Positions 28,906 through 39,796 of a DNA stretch of 64,000 nt are shown piece after piece. Source of the stretch: an uncultured Bacteroides sp. (GTDB lineage Bacteria; Bacteroidota; Bacteroidia; Bacteroidales; Muribaculaceae); the NCBI GenBank assembly GCA_964604175.1, contig CAZRYC010000002.1, positions 5,215-69,214 of the forward strand. The letters are read 5' to 3'. A program made the translations under genes and the position numbers. How positions within the stretch are numbered: the first letter of the stretch is position 1; each line of letters begins with the position of its first letter. The notes beneath the pieces were generated by a model that saw only the letters and a list, made by a program, of their open reading frames with translations, did not search any database and was not told the DNA's origin.

Positions 28906-31014
28906 ATGAAATCAAAAATCTTAACCATTGCATGCTTAGTCGCCATTGGCGCCGCTACTACCATGTGCACTCAGAAAAAAGCGCATGAGAATCCATTTCT
29001 CAGCCAGTACACCACTCCTTACGAAATCCCTCCTTTTGAGGAAATAGAATTCGATGATTACTTGCCCGCAATGCAAGCCGGCATCGATGAGCAAAACGCC
29101 AACATCCAGGCTATCATCGACAATCTGGAAGAGCCAACCTTTGAGAACACCGTGCTCGCTCTGGATATGTCATCACCCATTCTTGACAGAGTAGCTCTGG
29201 TGATGTTCGCCCTCACAGAGTCAAACTCTTGTGACGAGCTGGACTCCATAAGCAATGTATTCTTCCCAGCTTATTCGCTGCAGAGCGATGAGATAGTGAT
29301 GAACGACGCACTCTTCGCCAAGGTTAAGGCAGTATATGATAATCGCGAAGCTCTGGACCATGACCAAGCTCGCCTTACTGAGAAATACTACAAGCAGTTC
29401 GTACAGAACGGAGCCATGCTCACTCCAGAAAAGAAAGAAGAGCTGAAGGCTGTCAACGGGCAGCTTGCCGACCTGTACCTGAAATTCAACAAGAACCTGC
29501 TCAACGCCACCAATAGCTTCCAAATCGTGGTCACCGACTCGGCACGCCTCAGCGGCCTTTCGGCCTCGAGCATTGCCCAGGCCAAAGAAGCCGCCGATGA
29601 ACGCGGAGTGGAAGGATGGGTGTTCACGCTGCATGCCCCAAGTCGCCTGCCTCTGCTGCAATTCGCCGATGATCGCGAGCTGCGCAAGGAGATGTACCAA
29701 GGCTATACCACGCTGGCCTCTTCCGACGAGAACTGCAACTATCCAGTAATCAATCAGATACTCCAGGCTCGAGCCAAGAAGGCTGCTTTGCTGGGCTACG
29801 AGAACTTTGGCGCGCTAATGACTGACAAAGTGATGGCCAAGACAGTGGACAACGCTGAGAACTTGCTGATGCAAATCTGGCCAGCAGCCGTAAAGCGCAT
29901 AGGCGAAGAGGTAGCTGAGATGCAAGCCGTAGTGGATGCCGAGGGCGGAAATTTCAAAATCGAGCCTTGGGACTATTACTACTATGCCGAAAAGGTACGC
30001 AAGCAGAAATATGACTTCGATGAGGCTGAGGCACGCCAGTACTTCGCTGTAGACTCAGTAAAGAAAGGCATCTTCACCTTAGCTGAAAAGCTGTATGGCG
30101 TAAAATTCACCCCGATGGAGAATGCGCCTAAATACTACGACGAAGTAGATGTGTACGATGTGACTGATGCAGCCACAGGAGAGCACTTGGCCGTGTTTAT
30201 GACCGATTATTTCCCCCGCCCAAGCAAGCGACAGGGCGCATGGATGAGCGAGTTCAAGGGTACCTGGAAGAACGAGGACGGCACTTGGTCGCGCCCTGTA
30301 ATCTATAATGTTGGCAACTTTACCAAGCCTACAGCCGATACACCTTCGCTGCTAACCATCGATGAGGTAGAGACTGCTTTCCATGAATTTGGCCACGCGC
30401 TGCAAGGCATGCTCACTCAAGCTCGATACAAGGGCTTGGCTGGCACTAATGTAGATCGCGATTTTGTAGAGCTATGCTCCCAAATCAACGAACATTGGGC
30501 ATTCCAGCCAGAGCTCTTGGCTGAATACGCCAACCATTACAAGACAGGCGAGCCCATACCAGCAGAGTTGGTGGCTAAGATGAATGCTGCATCGAAGCAC
30601 AACGAAGGCTTTGCCACTGGCGAGCTGGTAGGCGCAGCCCTCCTAGATCTGGAATACAGCAAGCTCAACCCCACAGAGGATATCGATATCGAAGCCTTCG
30701 AGAAACAGGTGACAGCCAAATTGGGCATGCCTGCCGAGCTCACTTATCGCTACCGCTCACCCTACTTCAAGCATATCTTCGGCAGCGATGAGTACGCAGC
30801 CGGATACTACACTTATCTCTGGGCCGAAGTGCTTGACACTGACGCATTCGAGCTTTTCCAAGAAAGAGGCGTGTTTGATCCAGCCACAGCCAAGAGCTAC
30901 CGCGAAAACATACTGGAGCCAGGCGACAGCGAGGATCCGATGGTGCTCTTCGTGCGCTTCCGCGGCCAAGAGCCCACAGTGGATGCCCTGCTGCGCAACC
31001 GAGGCCTGAAATGA
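28906..31014 (+). CDS. dcp: M3 family metallopeptidase (peptidyl-dipeptidase Dcp-like), lipoprotein
   Basis: FHEFGHAL, KRQGAWM, RDFVE, YAAGYYTYLWAEVLD. Confidence 0.93.
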   Translation: MKSKILTIACLVAIGAATTMCTQKKAHENPFLSQYTTPYEIPPFEEIEFDDYLPAMQAGIDEQNANIQAIIDNLEEPTFENTVLALDMSSPILDRVALVMFALTESNSCDELDSISNVFFPAYSLQSDEIVMNDALFAKVKAVYDNREALDHDQARLTEKYYKQFVQNGAMLTPEKKEELKAVNGQLADLYLKFNKNLLNATNSFQIVVTDSARLSGLSASSIAQAKEAADERGVEGWVFTLHAPSRLPLLQFADDRELRKEMYQGYTTLASSDENCNYPVINQILQARAKKAALLGYENFGALMTDKVMAKTVDNAENLLMQIWPAAVKRIGEEVAEMQAVVDAEGGNFKIEPWDYYYYAEKVRKQKYDFDEAEARQYFAVDSVKKGIFTLAEKLYGVKFTPMENAPKYYDEVDVYDVTDAATGEHLAVFMTDYFPRPSKRQGAWMSEFKGTWKNEDGTWSRPVIYNVGNFTKPTADTPSLLTIDEVETAFHEFGHALQGMLTQARYKGLAGTNVDRDFVELCSQINEHWAFQPELLAEYANHYKTGEPIPAELVAKMNAASKHNEGFATGELVGAALLDLEYSKLNPTEDIDIEAFEKQVTAKLGMPAELTYRYRSPYFKHIFGSDEYAAGYYTYLWAEVLDTDAFELFQERGVFDPATAKSYRENILEPGDSEDPMVLFVRFRGQEPTVDALLRNRGLK

Positions 31015-31018
31015 GCCG

Positions 31019-31990
31019 TTAATTACCGAAAGAGAGGGTGGTGTAGAAACGAGTGGAGCCGTTGCTGGCCACGCCGCTATTGAACTGCAGCTGCACATAG
31101 TTGCCTCCGGGGCCCCACCAGGTGGTCTGCACACCGCCGCCGGCCAAAGCTATGCGGCTGATGGGAGCGCCGTAAGCGTTATAGAGGCGGTTGTAGGCTA
31201 AGTTGTATCGGTTCATGTCGTAGTAAGGTGTGGAATAGAAGAATTCCGAACCTACTAAGCCGCCGCCAGCTCCGTAGTACAGGGTGGCATTGGGCCACAA
31301 TAGATTGAGCTGCATGGCATCAGCCACATAGATAGCATCATCGCCATAGCCTGTGACATTATAGCCGCTATTGATCAGATTGCTTATAGTGGCACCAATG
31401 GCAGTGCCGATAGCCACACCAAGGATGGTGTTAATGATAGGGCCACCTCCTGAATACACCCATCCAGCCGGACGAACCGGACGGCGGTAAGGAGCCGGAG
31501 GAGGGAGCAAAGGACGAGCCGGACGACCCTGAGGCACACCGCCAAAGGCTGGGCCGGCTGGCCCTGGGCCAGGACGCATCCCGGGAGCGCCAAAATTCCA
31601 ATTATTGCCGGGATGATTGCCAGGGCGCTGGTTGCCATTGTTCATGCCGGGATGATTGCCTGGGCGCTGGTTGCCGTTGTTCATGCCGGGCTGGTTGCCT
31701 GGGCGCTGATTGCCGTTGTTTCCAGGGCGCACTTGAGAGGGGGTATTGTTGCCCCAACCGCTATTTCCAGGACGACCGGAATTATTCTGCCCGCTATTGC
31801 CAGGCCGGGTATTATTGCCGCTGTTGCCGGGGCGAGCATTGTTGCCGCTGCGGCTTGGCGATTGCTGTTGAGTGCGCTGGGGCTGCTGTTGCTGATTGCC
31901 GCCATTGTTGCGTCCGCGAGCCTCTACCATTGGGCATACTAAAGCGCCGCAAAGCAGGGCTACAACTATTTTCTTTACAAGGGTATTCAT
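31019..31990 (-). CDS. Exported hypothetical protein with N/G/P/R/Q low-complexity repeats
   Basis: Signal peptide; about 3 copies of a 13-aa repeat QRPGN[QH]PGMNNGN; Tyr-rich globular C-terminus. Confidence 0.8.
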   Translation of the reverse strand: MNTLVKKIVVALLCGALVCPMVEARGRNNGGNQQQQPQRTQQQSPSRSGNNARPGNSGNNTRPGNSGQNNSGRPGNSGWGNNTPSQVRPGNNGNQRPGNQPGMNNGNQRPGNHPGMNNGNQRPGNHPGNNWNFGAPGMRPGPGPAGPAFGGVPQGRPARPLLPPPAPYRRPVRPAGWVYSGGGPIINTILGVAIGTAIGATISNLINSGYNVTGYGDDAIYVADAMQLNLLWPNATLYYGAGGGLVGSEFFYSTPYYDMNRYNLAYNRLYNAYGAPISRIALAGGGVQTTWWGPGGNYVQLQFNSGVASNGSTRFYTTLSFGN

Positions 31991-32204
31991 ATCACTAAGT
32001 TTTTCTTCTGTTACGATATATAGGGCCTATCTAATGTTTTATTATTTAGAAGATTTAAAGAGAGGAAAAGTTTAAACAAAAAGAAAAATTTTTATTAAAT
32101 TTTCATTCTTTTTGTAATTATAGTTCTTATTTTCCATAATTTATGACTAACTTTGCAGTATCTTTTCTCACACATCTATACAGGATATTTAAGAAACGAA
32201 AAAT

Positions 32205-32852
32205 ATGAAAACCGTAGAACGAATCATTGCCGAAAAACTACTCAAAATCCGCGCTATCATCCTGCAGCCGGCCAATCCCTTCACCTGGGCTTCTGGCTGG
32301 AACTCGCCCATATACACCGACAATCGCAAGACTCTCTCCTATCCCGATATCCGCTCGCTGATCAAGGTAGAGCTCTGCCGCATGATCTTGGAGCACTTCG
32401 GTCGCCCCGACGCAGTGGCAGGCGTAGCCACTGGAGCCATAGCCCAAGGAGCCTTGGTAAGCGACACTCTGGGTCTCCCATACGTCTATATCCGCTCCAC
32501 GCCTAAGGATCACGGCTTGGAGAACCTTATCGAAGGCAATCTTATTCCGGGTCAGAAAGTGGTGGTAATCGAGGATCTCATCAGCACAGGCAAATCGTCG
32601 CTCAAGGCTGTAGAGGCAGTGCGCGCGGCAGGCTGCGAAGTGGTAGGCATGGCCGCTATCTTCACCTATGGCTTCCCAGTAGCTGAAAAAGCATTCAAGG
32701 CTGCCGGAGTAGAACTGCTCACACTGAGCAACTACAATGCCATGCTTGAAGCAGCCCTTGAGAGCCAATATATCTCAGAAACAGATGTAGAAACCCTTAA
32801 AAAGTGGCGCAAAGATCCGGAGCACTGGACCCCTGCCGAACTCTCAATATGA
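32205..32852 (+). CDS. pyrE: Orotate phosphoribosyltransferase
   Basis: FTWASGWNSPIYTDNR, VVVIEDLISTG PRPP loop. Confidence 0.97.
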   Translation: MKTVERIIAEKLLKIRAIILQPANPFTWASGWNSPIYTDNRKTLSYPDIRSLIKVELCRMILEHFGRPDAVAGVATGAIAQGALVSDTLGLPYVYIRSTPKDHGLENLIEGNLIPGQKVVVIEDLISTGKSSLKAVEAVRAAGCEVVGMAAIFTYGFPVAEKAFKAAGVELLTLSNYNAMLEAALESQYISETDVETLKKWRKDPEHWTPAELSI

Positions 32853-33265
32853 GCAAGTACACGGGAAAGACATTCACAGTGCCTCGCTCGGCACAGGAGA
32901 TCAGCGACAAATTCGCCGATCTCACACAGCTGCGCACATTGGCCGACAAGCTCCCGGAAGACCAACGCGCCAAGCTCGAAAATGTAGAGTTCACCACCGA
33001 CAGCATCATCATCCCCACACCGCAGTTAGGCAAGGTCACATTCCGCGTGACTGACCGCACAGCGGATCAGGTAAAGATGCAAGCCGAAGGCACTCCCATT
33101 CCCCTGATACTTCAGGTGGATTTGCAGCCCAAGAGCGATGCTGAGACAGCTGTAACATGCAGCGTAGAAGTGGAAATTCCAGCCATGCTGCGCGCCTTTG
33201 TAGGGCCCCAGCTCCAAAAGGCAGTGGATATGCTCAGTGAAGTAATTGCCAAAGCCATCTCGTAA
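32849..33265 (+). CDS. SRPBCC/polyketide-cyclase-like protein
   Basis: ATGA overlap with pyrE; typical pyrE neighbour in Bacteroidales; C-terminal helix. Confidence 0.65.
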   Translation: MSKYTGKTFTVPRSAQEISDKFADLTQLRTLADKLPEDQRAKLENVEFTTDSIIIPTPQLGKVTFRVTDRTADQVKMQAEGTPIPLILQVDLQPKSDAETAVTCSVEVEIPAMLRAFVGPQLQKAVDMLSEVIAKAIS

Positions 33266-33272
33266 GGATTAT

Positions 33273-33761
33273 TTGAAGAAAATCATAAGCCTCATACTAT
33301 TGAGCGTCGCGCTTGTGGGGTGCAACCACATCGATGACGATCGTATCCCACGGATGCCGGTGTACATACCCTTTGCCTCCGTGGGCGTATGGGATTTATA
33401 TGGAGTGTCTGGAGCCGGCCAATACCGATATTTCATAATGTCGGAGAAGAAACCGGCCAACTATCCCTACACAGCCACCTGCGCCACTGGCTTCGGAGGC
33501 GTACTGCTCATCAGCGATATCCATAGCCAGCCAGTGGCCTACGACTTGGCTTGCCCTGTAGAGTGCAAGGCCACTACCCGCATAGCGGTGGACAGCGAGC
33601 AGTTGATTGCAGAGTGCCCAGTGTGCCACAGCACCTATGATGTGATCACCAATTACGGCTATCCGCTATCCGGGCCAGCTGCAGAGAAGGGCTACGGATT
33701 GCAAAAATACTATGTCTCCACCGCCTCCTCTGGCACCACATACATGGTAATTTCACGATAA
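33273..33761 (+). CDS. Lipoprotein with a Rieske-like Cys-rich domain
   Basis: TTG start, lipobox LVGC; GFGGVLL, AYDLACPVEC, AECPVCHSTYD, GYPLSGPA. Confidence 0.7.
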   Translation: MKKIISLILLSVALVGCNHIDDDRIPRMPVYIPFASVGVWDLYGVSGAGQYRYFIMSEKKPANYPYTATCATGFGGVLLISDIHSQPVAYDLACPVECKATTRIAVDSEQLIAECPVCHSTYDVITNYGYPLSGPAAEKGYGLQKYYVSTASSGTTYMVISR

Positions 33762-33774
33762 AACCTATCTGGCT

Positions 33775-34236
33775 ATGACTCCTTTCAATATGTTTTTGGT
33801 ACTGGTAGCCATCGTAGCGGCAGCTTTGGGCTTCCGCAAAGGGCTTATCAAGCAGTTAGGAGCAATTGCGGGCATCATCGCTGGCATTATCGCATGCCGA
33901 ATGTTCGGCCCCACAGTCACCGACTGGTGCCGCGCTGTAGCCACAGAGGGCACAAGCGACATACTGCTTACAATGATAGCCTATGTGGGTGTCTTCCTCT
34001 TGGCCTACTTGATAGTATCTATGAGCGCGACCCTGATGCAAACAGCTGCCAAAGTGGTGCATATCGCACTGCTTGACCGCATTGGCGGGGCTGTCTTCAA
34101 GATGGTGCTTTGGCTTTTTATCCTAAGCCTTGGAGTGAATGCCTGGTGCGCTTTCTTCCCCGAGCATCTGCCTGAAGGCAAAATAGCTAATTTCGTAACC
34201 TCCTTGGCTCCAATGGTAATAGGGGCTACAAAGTAA
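33775..34236 (+). CDS. cvpA: CvpA family membrane protein
   Basis: GFRKGLIKQL, LDRIGGAVF, four TM segments. Confidence 0.85.
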   Translation: MTPFNMFLVLVAIVAAALGFRKGLIKQLGAIAGIIAGIIACRMFGPTVTDWCRAVATEGTSDILLTMIAYVGVFLLAYLIVSMSATLMQTAAKVVHIALLDRIGGAVFKMVLWLFILSLGVNAWCAFFPEHLPEGKIANFVTSLAPMVIGATK

Positions 34237-34308
34237 GCAGAATTATCCTCTCTCCTAACTAAACCATCCGCAAGTGCAAGGCGTTATTAATGAGAATAAT
34301 CTGCGCGT

Positions 34309-35784
34309 ATGCAAGAAGATAAAGTTAAAGATAAAAATAAGGATAAGGACCGTGATGAAATCCTCAATGAAGCCACTGGGGATTACAAATACGGCTTCTA
34401 CACCGATATCGATACTGATACCATCCCTCCGGGCCTCTCTGAAGAAGTAATTCGCCTGATTTCACATAAGAAAGGCGAACCGGAGTGGCTGCTTGACTTC
34501 CGCCTGAAAGCTTACCGCAAATGGATCACAATGAAGATGCCACACTGGGCGCATCTCACTATTCCGGAAATAGACTACCAAGCCATCAGCTATTATGCCG
34601 CTCCTAAGAAGAAGGAAGGGCCTAAGAGCATGGATGAGGTGGATCCCCAACTTGTGGAGACATTCAACAAGCTGGGCATCTCCCTGGAGGAACAAAAGCA
34701 CCTGGCGGGAGTGGCAGTAGATGCCGTAATGGACTCAGTGTCGGTAAAAACCACCCATAAAGAAAAGCTTGCCGAGCTGGGCATCATCTTCTGCTCTTTC
34801 TCTGAGGCTGTGCGCGATTACCCCGACTTGGTGCGCAAGTACCTGGGAAAGGTGGTGCCTTACACCGACAACTTTTTCGCTGCCCTCAATTCAGCAGTTT
34901 TCAGCGATGGCTCCTTCGTGTATATCCCCAAGGGAGTGCGATGCCCCATGGAGCTGAGCACTTATTTCCGCATCAATGCCTCGGGCACGGGACAGTTTGA
35001 GCGCACCCTGATTGTGGCCGATGATGATGCTTATGTGAGTTATCTCGAGGGGTGCACAGCACCTATGCGCGATGAAAACCAGCTGCATGCAGCCATCGTG
35101 GAGATAATCGTGGAGGAGCGAGCCGAGGTGAAATACAGCACCGTGCAGAACTGGTATGCCGGCGACAAGGACGGCAAAGGCGGAGTGTACAACTTCGTGA
35201 CCAAGCGCGGCCTCTGCCGCGGCGACAACAGCAAACTGAGCTGGACCCAAGTGGAGACCGGCAGTGCGATCACATGGAAATACCCCGGCTGCATCTTGGC
35301 TGGCAACAATTCGATAGGCGAATTCTACTCTGTAGCTCTCACCAATAATCACCAGCAAGCCGACACTGGCACCAAGATGATTCACATCGGTCGCAATACC
35401 CGCTCCACAATAGTGAGCAAAGGCATCAGCGCCGGGTATAGCCAGAATAGCTATCGCGGCTTGGTAAAAGTGGCTCCAGACGCCGAGGGCGCGCGCAATT
35501 ACACCCAGTGCGACTCATTGCTGCTGAGCGAGACCTGCGGGGCACACACCTTCCCCTACATCGATGTGCTCAACGACAGCGCAGTAGTGGAGCATGAGGC
35601 TACCACCTCAAAAATCTCTGAGGATCAGCTCTTTTATTGCAATCAGCGCGGCATCCCCACTGAGGAAGCTGTAGGCTTGATTGTCAACGGCTACGCCAAG
35701 GAGGTAATGAATAAGCTGCCTATGGAGTTCGCAGTAGAAGCGCAGCGGCTGCTTTCGATATCATTGGAAGGCTCCGTGGGATAG
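34309..35784 (+). CDS. sufB: Fe-S cluster assembly protein SufB
   Basis: [39 protein letters not shown]. Confidence 0.98.
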   Translation: MQEDKVKDKNKDKDRDEILNEATGDYKYGFYTDIDTDTIPPGLSEEVIRLISHKKGEPEWLLDFRLKAYRKWITMKMPHWAHLTIPEIDYQAISYYAAPKKKEGPKSMDEVDPQLVETFNKLGISLEEQKHLAGVAVDAVMDSVSVKTTHKEKLAELGIIFCSFSEAVRDYPDLVRKYLGKVVPYTDNFFAALNSAVFSDGSFVYIPKGVRCPMELSTYFRINASGTGQFERTLIVADDDAYVSYLEGCTAPMRDENQLHAAIVEIIVEERAEVKYSTVQNWYAGDKDGKGGVYNFVTKRGLCRGDNSKLSWTQVETGSAITWKYPGCILAGNNSIGEFYSVALTNNHQQADTGTKMIHIGRNTRSTIVSKGISAGYSQNSYRGLVKVAPDAEGARNYTQCDSLLLSETCGAHTFPYIDVLNDSAVVEHEATTSKISEDQLFYCNQRGIPTEEAVGLIVNGYAKEVMNKLPMEFAVEAQRLLSISLEGSVG

Positions 35785-35816
35785 TCAAGTTGTAATGTTT
35801 TCAAGTTGTCAAGTTA
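35785..35816. repeat. Degenerate 8-mer array (TCAAGTTG-like x4) in the sufB-sufC gap
   Basis: tcaagttg taatgttt tcaagttg tcaagtta. Confidence 0.6.
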
Positions 35817-35822
35817 CATAAA

Positions 35823-36584
35823 ATGGAAGATACATTGCTACGCGTCGCCGACCTCCGCGCCGGCATTGGCGATAAAGAAATACTAAAGGGCATCAACCTC
35901 ACCATCCGCCCCGGCGAGGTGCACGCCATCATGGGGCCTAACGGCTCTGGCAAAAGCACGCTCTCGGGGGTGCTGGCCGGCGACCCCAAGTTCACTGTGT
36001 ACGGCGGCTCGGCGGACTTCCATGGGGTAGATCTGCTGGCCTTATCTCCGGAGGATCGCAGCCACGAGGGCCTGTTCCTCTCATTCCAGTATCCAGTGGA
36101 AATCCCTGGCGTGTCGATGGTCAATTTCATGCGAGCAGCAGTAAATGCCAAGCGTCAGTATCTGCATGAACCGCCGCTAAGCGCCAGCGAGTTTCTGAAG
36201 ATGATGCGCCAAAAGCGAGCTATCGTAGAGCTGGACAACAAGCTTGCCTCCCGCTCAGTCAACGAAGGTTTCTCCGGGGGCGAGAAAAAGCGCAACGAAA
36301 TCTTCCAGATGGCAGTGTTGGAGCCCCGACTCTCTATTCTTGACGAGACAGACTCGGGTCTTGATATCGACGCTCTGCGCATAGTGGCCGGGGGTGTGAA
36401 CAAACTAAAGACCGACCAGAACGCCACCATCGTAATCACCCATTACCAGCGACTGCTCGACTACATCAAGCCTGACTATGTACACATACTCTACAAGGGT
36501 CGCATAGTGATGTCCGGCGGTCCAGAGCTGGCTTTGGAGCTCGAAGATCGAGGCTATGATTGGATCAAGGAGCAAAACGATTAA
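35823..36584 (+). CDS. sufC: Fe-S cluster assembly ATPase SufC
   Basis: GPNGSGKST, FQYPVEIPGV, NEGFSGGEKKRNE, LDETDSGLD. Confidence 0.98.
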   Translation: MEDTLLRVADLRAGIGDKEILKGINLTIRPGEVHAIMGPNGSGKSTLSGVLAGDPKFTVYGGSADFHGVDLLALSPEDRSHEGLFLSFQYPVEIPGVSMVNFMRAAVNAKRQYLHEPPLSASEFLKMMRQKRAIVELDNKLASRSVNEGFSGGEKKRNEIFQMAVLEPRLSILDETDSGLDIDALRIVAGGVNKLKTDQNATIVITHYQRLLDYIKPDYVHILYKGRIVMSGGPELALELEDRGYDWIKEQND

Positions 36585-36588
36585 AGCC

Positions 36589-37929
36589 ATGGATGCCCTA
36601 AAGCAATATATTGATCTCTACAACGAGAATGAGGCTGCTGTGCTGGCGCATTCGCCGGAGGCATTAAATGCTCCGCGACCGGATGCGCTCCGCGCTCTGG
36701 ATGCGGCTCAGCTGCCTCGTCGTGGAGATGAAGGCTATCCTGCGCTTTCAGTGGAAGATATGTTTGCTCCGGATTATGGAGTGAATGTGGGGCGACTGCA
36801 GTTCGGCAACGACCCGGGGGCTGTGTTCAAGTGCGGACTTCCCAACATCTCCACGCTCTTAGCCGTAGTGGTCAACGACAGCTTCTATACTACCCCCAGC
36901 CTCGAGCGCAATCTTCCTGAGGGAGTGGAGTTCACATCACTTGCCCGCGCAGCTAAAGAGCAACCAGAACTGATAACTCGATATTACAACCGCCTCACCG
37001 ACCACAGCGCCACAGCGGAGCTTAACACCCTGCTCTGCCAAGATGGCGTATTCATCCGCATCAAGCGCGGAGTACAGCTGGAGAAGCCGCTGCAGCTGGT
37101 GAATGTGTTCAATGCGCCCTTTGCCATGATGGGCGTGCGCCGCATCTTGATTGTGGCCGAGGAGGGGTCATCGGCCCAAGTGCTGATTTGCGACCACACT
37201 GCTGATGAGAAGCAAAAATACCTGGCCAGCCAAGTGGCGGAAATTTATGTGGGAGCTGATGCCAGCCTCGATTATTATGACTTGGAAGAGTCGTCGCTGG
37301 CAACCTCGCGCCATTCGCAAGTATTCGTGCGCCAAGGGCGCAATAGCTCATTCACAGCCAACGGCACCACACTGATTGGCGGAGTCACCCGCAATAGCTA
37401 TATCATAGAGCATATCGACGAGCATGCCCGCACCCTGCTTGCCGGCATGGCTGTAGGAGCCGATAACCAGATTGTTGACAACGCCACACTGGTGCGCCAC
37501 AACACGCCCAAGTGCGAGAGCAACCAGATGTTCAAATACATTCTCGAAGACCAATCGCGCGGTTCTTTCTATGGCCGCGTGGTGGTGGACGAAAAGGCCA
37601 AATACACCAATGCTTACCAGAGCAATCGCAACCTTCTTGCCAGCGGCGATGCCCGCATGTACACGCGCCCGCAGCTCGAAATCTACTGCGACGAGGTGAA
37701 ATGCAGCCACGGCACCACCATAGGCCAGCTCGACCAGAATGCCCTATTTTACATGCGCAGCCGAGGCATCCCCGAGGCCGAGGCCAAGATGATGCTGATG
37801 CAAGCCTTTATGGAGGATGTAATCGACACAGTGCGCATCGATGCCCTGAAGGCTCGCCTGCGCCAGCTGGTACAGATGCGCCTACTGGGCAAGCTGGAGC
37901 ACTGCGCTGATTGCCAAATAGCTGATTAA
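36589..37929 (+). CDS. sufD: Fe-S cluster assembly protein SufD
   Basis: RPQLEIYCDEVKCSHGTTIG, FYMRSRGI; ATG 36589 follows the sufC stop. Confidence 0.95.
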   Translation: MDALKQYIDLYNENEAAVLAHSPEALNAPRPDALRALDAAQLPRRGDEGYPALSVEDMFAPDYGVNVGRLQFGNDPGAVFKCGLPNISTLLAVVVNDSFYTTPSLERNLPEGVEFTSLARAAKEQPELITRYYNRLTDHSATAELNTLLCQDGVFIRIKRGVQLEKPLQLVNVFNAPFAMMGVRRILIVAEEGSSAQVLICDHTADEKQKYLASQVAEIYVGADASLDYYDLEESSLATSRHSQVFVRQGRNSSFTANGTTLIGGVTRNSYIIEHIDEHARTLLAGMAVGADNQIVDNATLVRHNTPKCESNQMFKYILEDQSRGSFYGRVVVDEKAKYTNAYQSNRNLLASGDARMYTRPQLEIYCDEVKCSHGTTIGQLDQNALFYMRSRGIPEAEAKMMLMQAFMEDVIDTVRIDALKARLRQLVQMRLLGKLEHCADCQIAD

Positions 37930-37932
37930 CTT

Positions 37933-39138
37933 ATGGATATCCGAGACCAATTTCCCATCCTTGACCGCAAGGTGTGCGGCAAGCCTCTCATATATCTCGA
38001 CAATACCGCCACTTCGCAGACTCCTCGCCGGGTGGTGGAGGAAATCGAGCACATGTACTTCCACGCCAAGGCCAATGTGCACCGGGGCGTGCACACCCTA
38101 AGCCAAGAGGCCACGGATGCCCAAGAAGCCACCCGCGAACTTATGCGGGAGTACATCAATGCGGCCAGCACCGAGGAGGTAATCTTCACGCGCGGCACCA
38201 CTGAGGCCATCAACTTGGTCGCCTCCAGCTTTGGCCAACTCTTGGAGAATGGCGATGAGATAATACTCACCGTGATGGAGCATCACAGCAACATCGTGCC
38301 TTGGCAGCTCCTTGGCACACGCAAGCGCATCATGCTGCGAGTGGTGCCAATCAACAGCGTAGGAGAGCTTGACCAAGAGGTGTACCGCTCGCTCTTCAAT
38401 GACCGCACTCGCCTGGTGGCCATGTGCCATGTGTCGAATGTGCTTGGCACCATCAATCCGGTAAAGGAGATGATTCGCGAAGCGCACAGCCGCGGAGTGC
38501 CAGTGCTTATCGATGGGGCCCAGGCCGCTCCGCACATGCGCATCGATGTTCGCGACCTCGATGCCGATTTCTATGCCTTCTCAGCCCATAAGATGTACGG
38601 GCCTACCGGAGTAGGCATTCTCTATGGCAAGAAACATTTCTTGAAGATGATGCCACCATATCAGGGAGGCGGCGAGATGATAGCCCATGTAAGCTTCGAT
38701 GGCACCACTTATGCCGATCTGCCATTCAAATTCGAGGCTGGGACACCTGACTATGTGGATATCGCGGCCATGCGCAAGGGCATCGAATTTATCGAGGAGG
38801 TGGGCATGGATAAAATAGCGGGTGTAGAGGATGATTTGCTCCACTACACCACAGAGCGCCTGCTGGCCGAAATCCCAGGGATAAAGATCTACGGCACAGC
38901 TCCGCACAAGAGCGCTGTAATATCTTTCAACTTAGAGCATGCGCACCACTATGATGTGGGCATGCTGCTTGACAAGCTGGGAGTGGCGGTGCGCACCGGC
39001 CATCACTGCGCCCAGCCGCTGATGCACGCACTTGGCATCGAGGGCTGCGTGCGCGCCTCTTTCGCAGTGTACAACACCCGCGCCGAGGCCGACGCCTTCC
39101 TATCAGCCCTGGCCCGAGTAGCCGAGATGCTGGCTTAG
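37933..39138 (+). CDS. sufS: Cysteine desulfurase SufS
   Basis: YLDNTAT, NVHRG, EHHSN, DGAQ, SAHKMYGP, RTGHHCA. Confidence 0.96.
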   Translation: MDIRDQFPILDRKVCGKPLIYLDNTATSQTPRRVVEEIEHMYFHAKANVHRGVHTLSQEATDAQEATRELMREYINAASTEEVIFTRGTTEAINLVASSFGQLLENGDEIILTVMEHHSNIVPWQLLGTRKRIMLRVVPINSVGELDQEVYRSLFNDRTRLVAMCHVSNVLGTINPVKEMIREAHSRGVPVLIDGAQAAPHMRIDVRDLDADFYAFSAHKMYGPTGVGILYGKKHFLKMMPPYQGGGEMIAHVSFDGTTYADLPFKFEAGTPDYVDIAAMRKGIEFIEEVGMDKIAGVEDDLLHYTTERLLAEIPGIKIYGTAPHKSAVISFNLEHAHHYDVGMLLDKLGVAVRTGHHCAQPLMHALGIEGCVRASFAVYNTRAEADAFLSALARVAEMLA

Positions 39139-39172
39139 TAATTGATTGTAAATTTATAATAGATTTTAAGCA

Positions 39173-39781
39173 ATGGATACCAAAGCAATGTTTAAGCTGA
39201 GTTATGGGCTGTTTGTTCTCACCGCTCGCGATGGAGAAAAGGATAATGGATGCATCGTAAACACGGTGCAACAAGTCACTGACACGCCTCTGCGCATCAG
39301 TGTCACAGTCAACAAGACACACCTTACCCACGAGATGATTAAGGCCACCGGGCGCTTCAATGTATCGGTGCTCGATGAGCTGGCCAAGTTCGACACCTTC
39401 AAGCACTGGGGCTTTGTAAGCGGGCGCGAATCTGACAAGATGGTGGGCATCGAATTTGCCCGCAGTGCCAATGGCTTGATTTATCTTACCGATCAGACCA
39501 ATGCCTATATCAGCGGCAAAGTGTGCCAAGAGATTGACTTGGGCACTCATACTCTCTTCATAGCAGATGTCGAGGATGCCGAAATTCTTGCCCCGGCAGA
39601 GCGCTCTGTAACCTACGCCTTCTATCAGGAAAACATCAAGCCCAAGCCTCAGCCTCAGAAGAAAAAAGGCTGGGTATGCACTGTCTGCGGCTACATTTTC
39701 GAGGGCGACCCCCTGCCAGCAGATTTCATATGCCCCTGGTGTCAGCATCCGGCCAGCGACTTTGTGCCCCTGGACAAATAA
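39173..39781 (+). CDS. Flavin reductase with a C-terminal rubredoxin-like domain
   Basis: LSYGLFVL, DNGCI, GTHTLF; WVCTVCGY...CPWC. Confidence 0.9.
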   Translation: MDTKAMFKLSYGLFVLTARDGEKDNGCIVNTVQQVTDTPLRISVTVNKTHLTHEMIKATGRFNVSVLDELAKFDTFKHWGFVSGRESDKMVGIEFARSANGLIYLTDQTNAYISGKVCQEIDLGTHTLFIADVEDAEILAPAERSVTYAFYQENIKPKPQPQKKKGWVCTVCGYIFEGDPLPADFICPWCQHPASDFVPLDK

Positions 39782-39796
39782 ACATGTAATTATACG

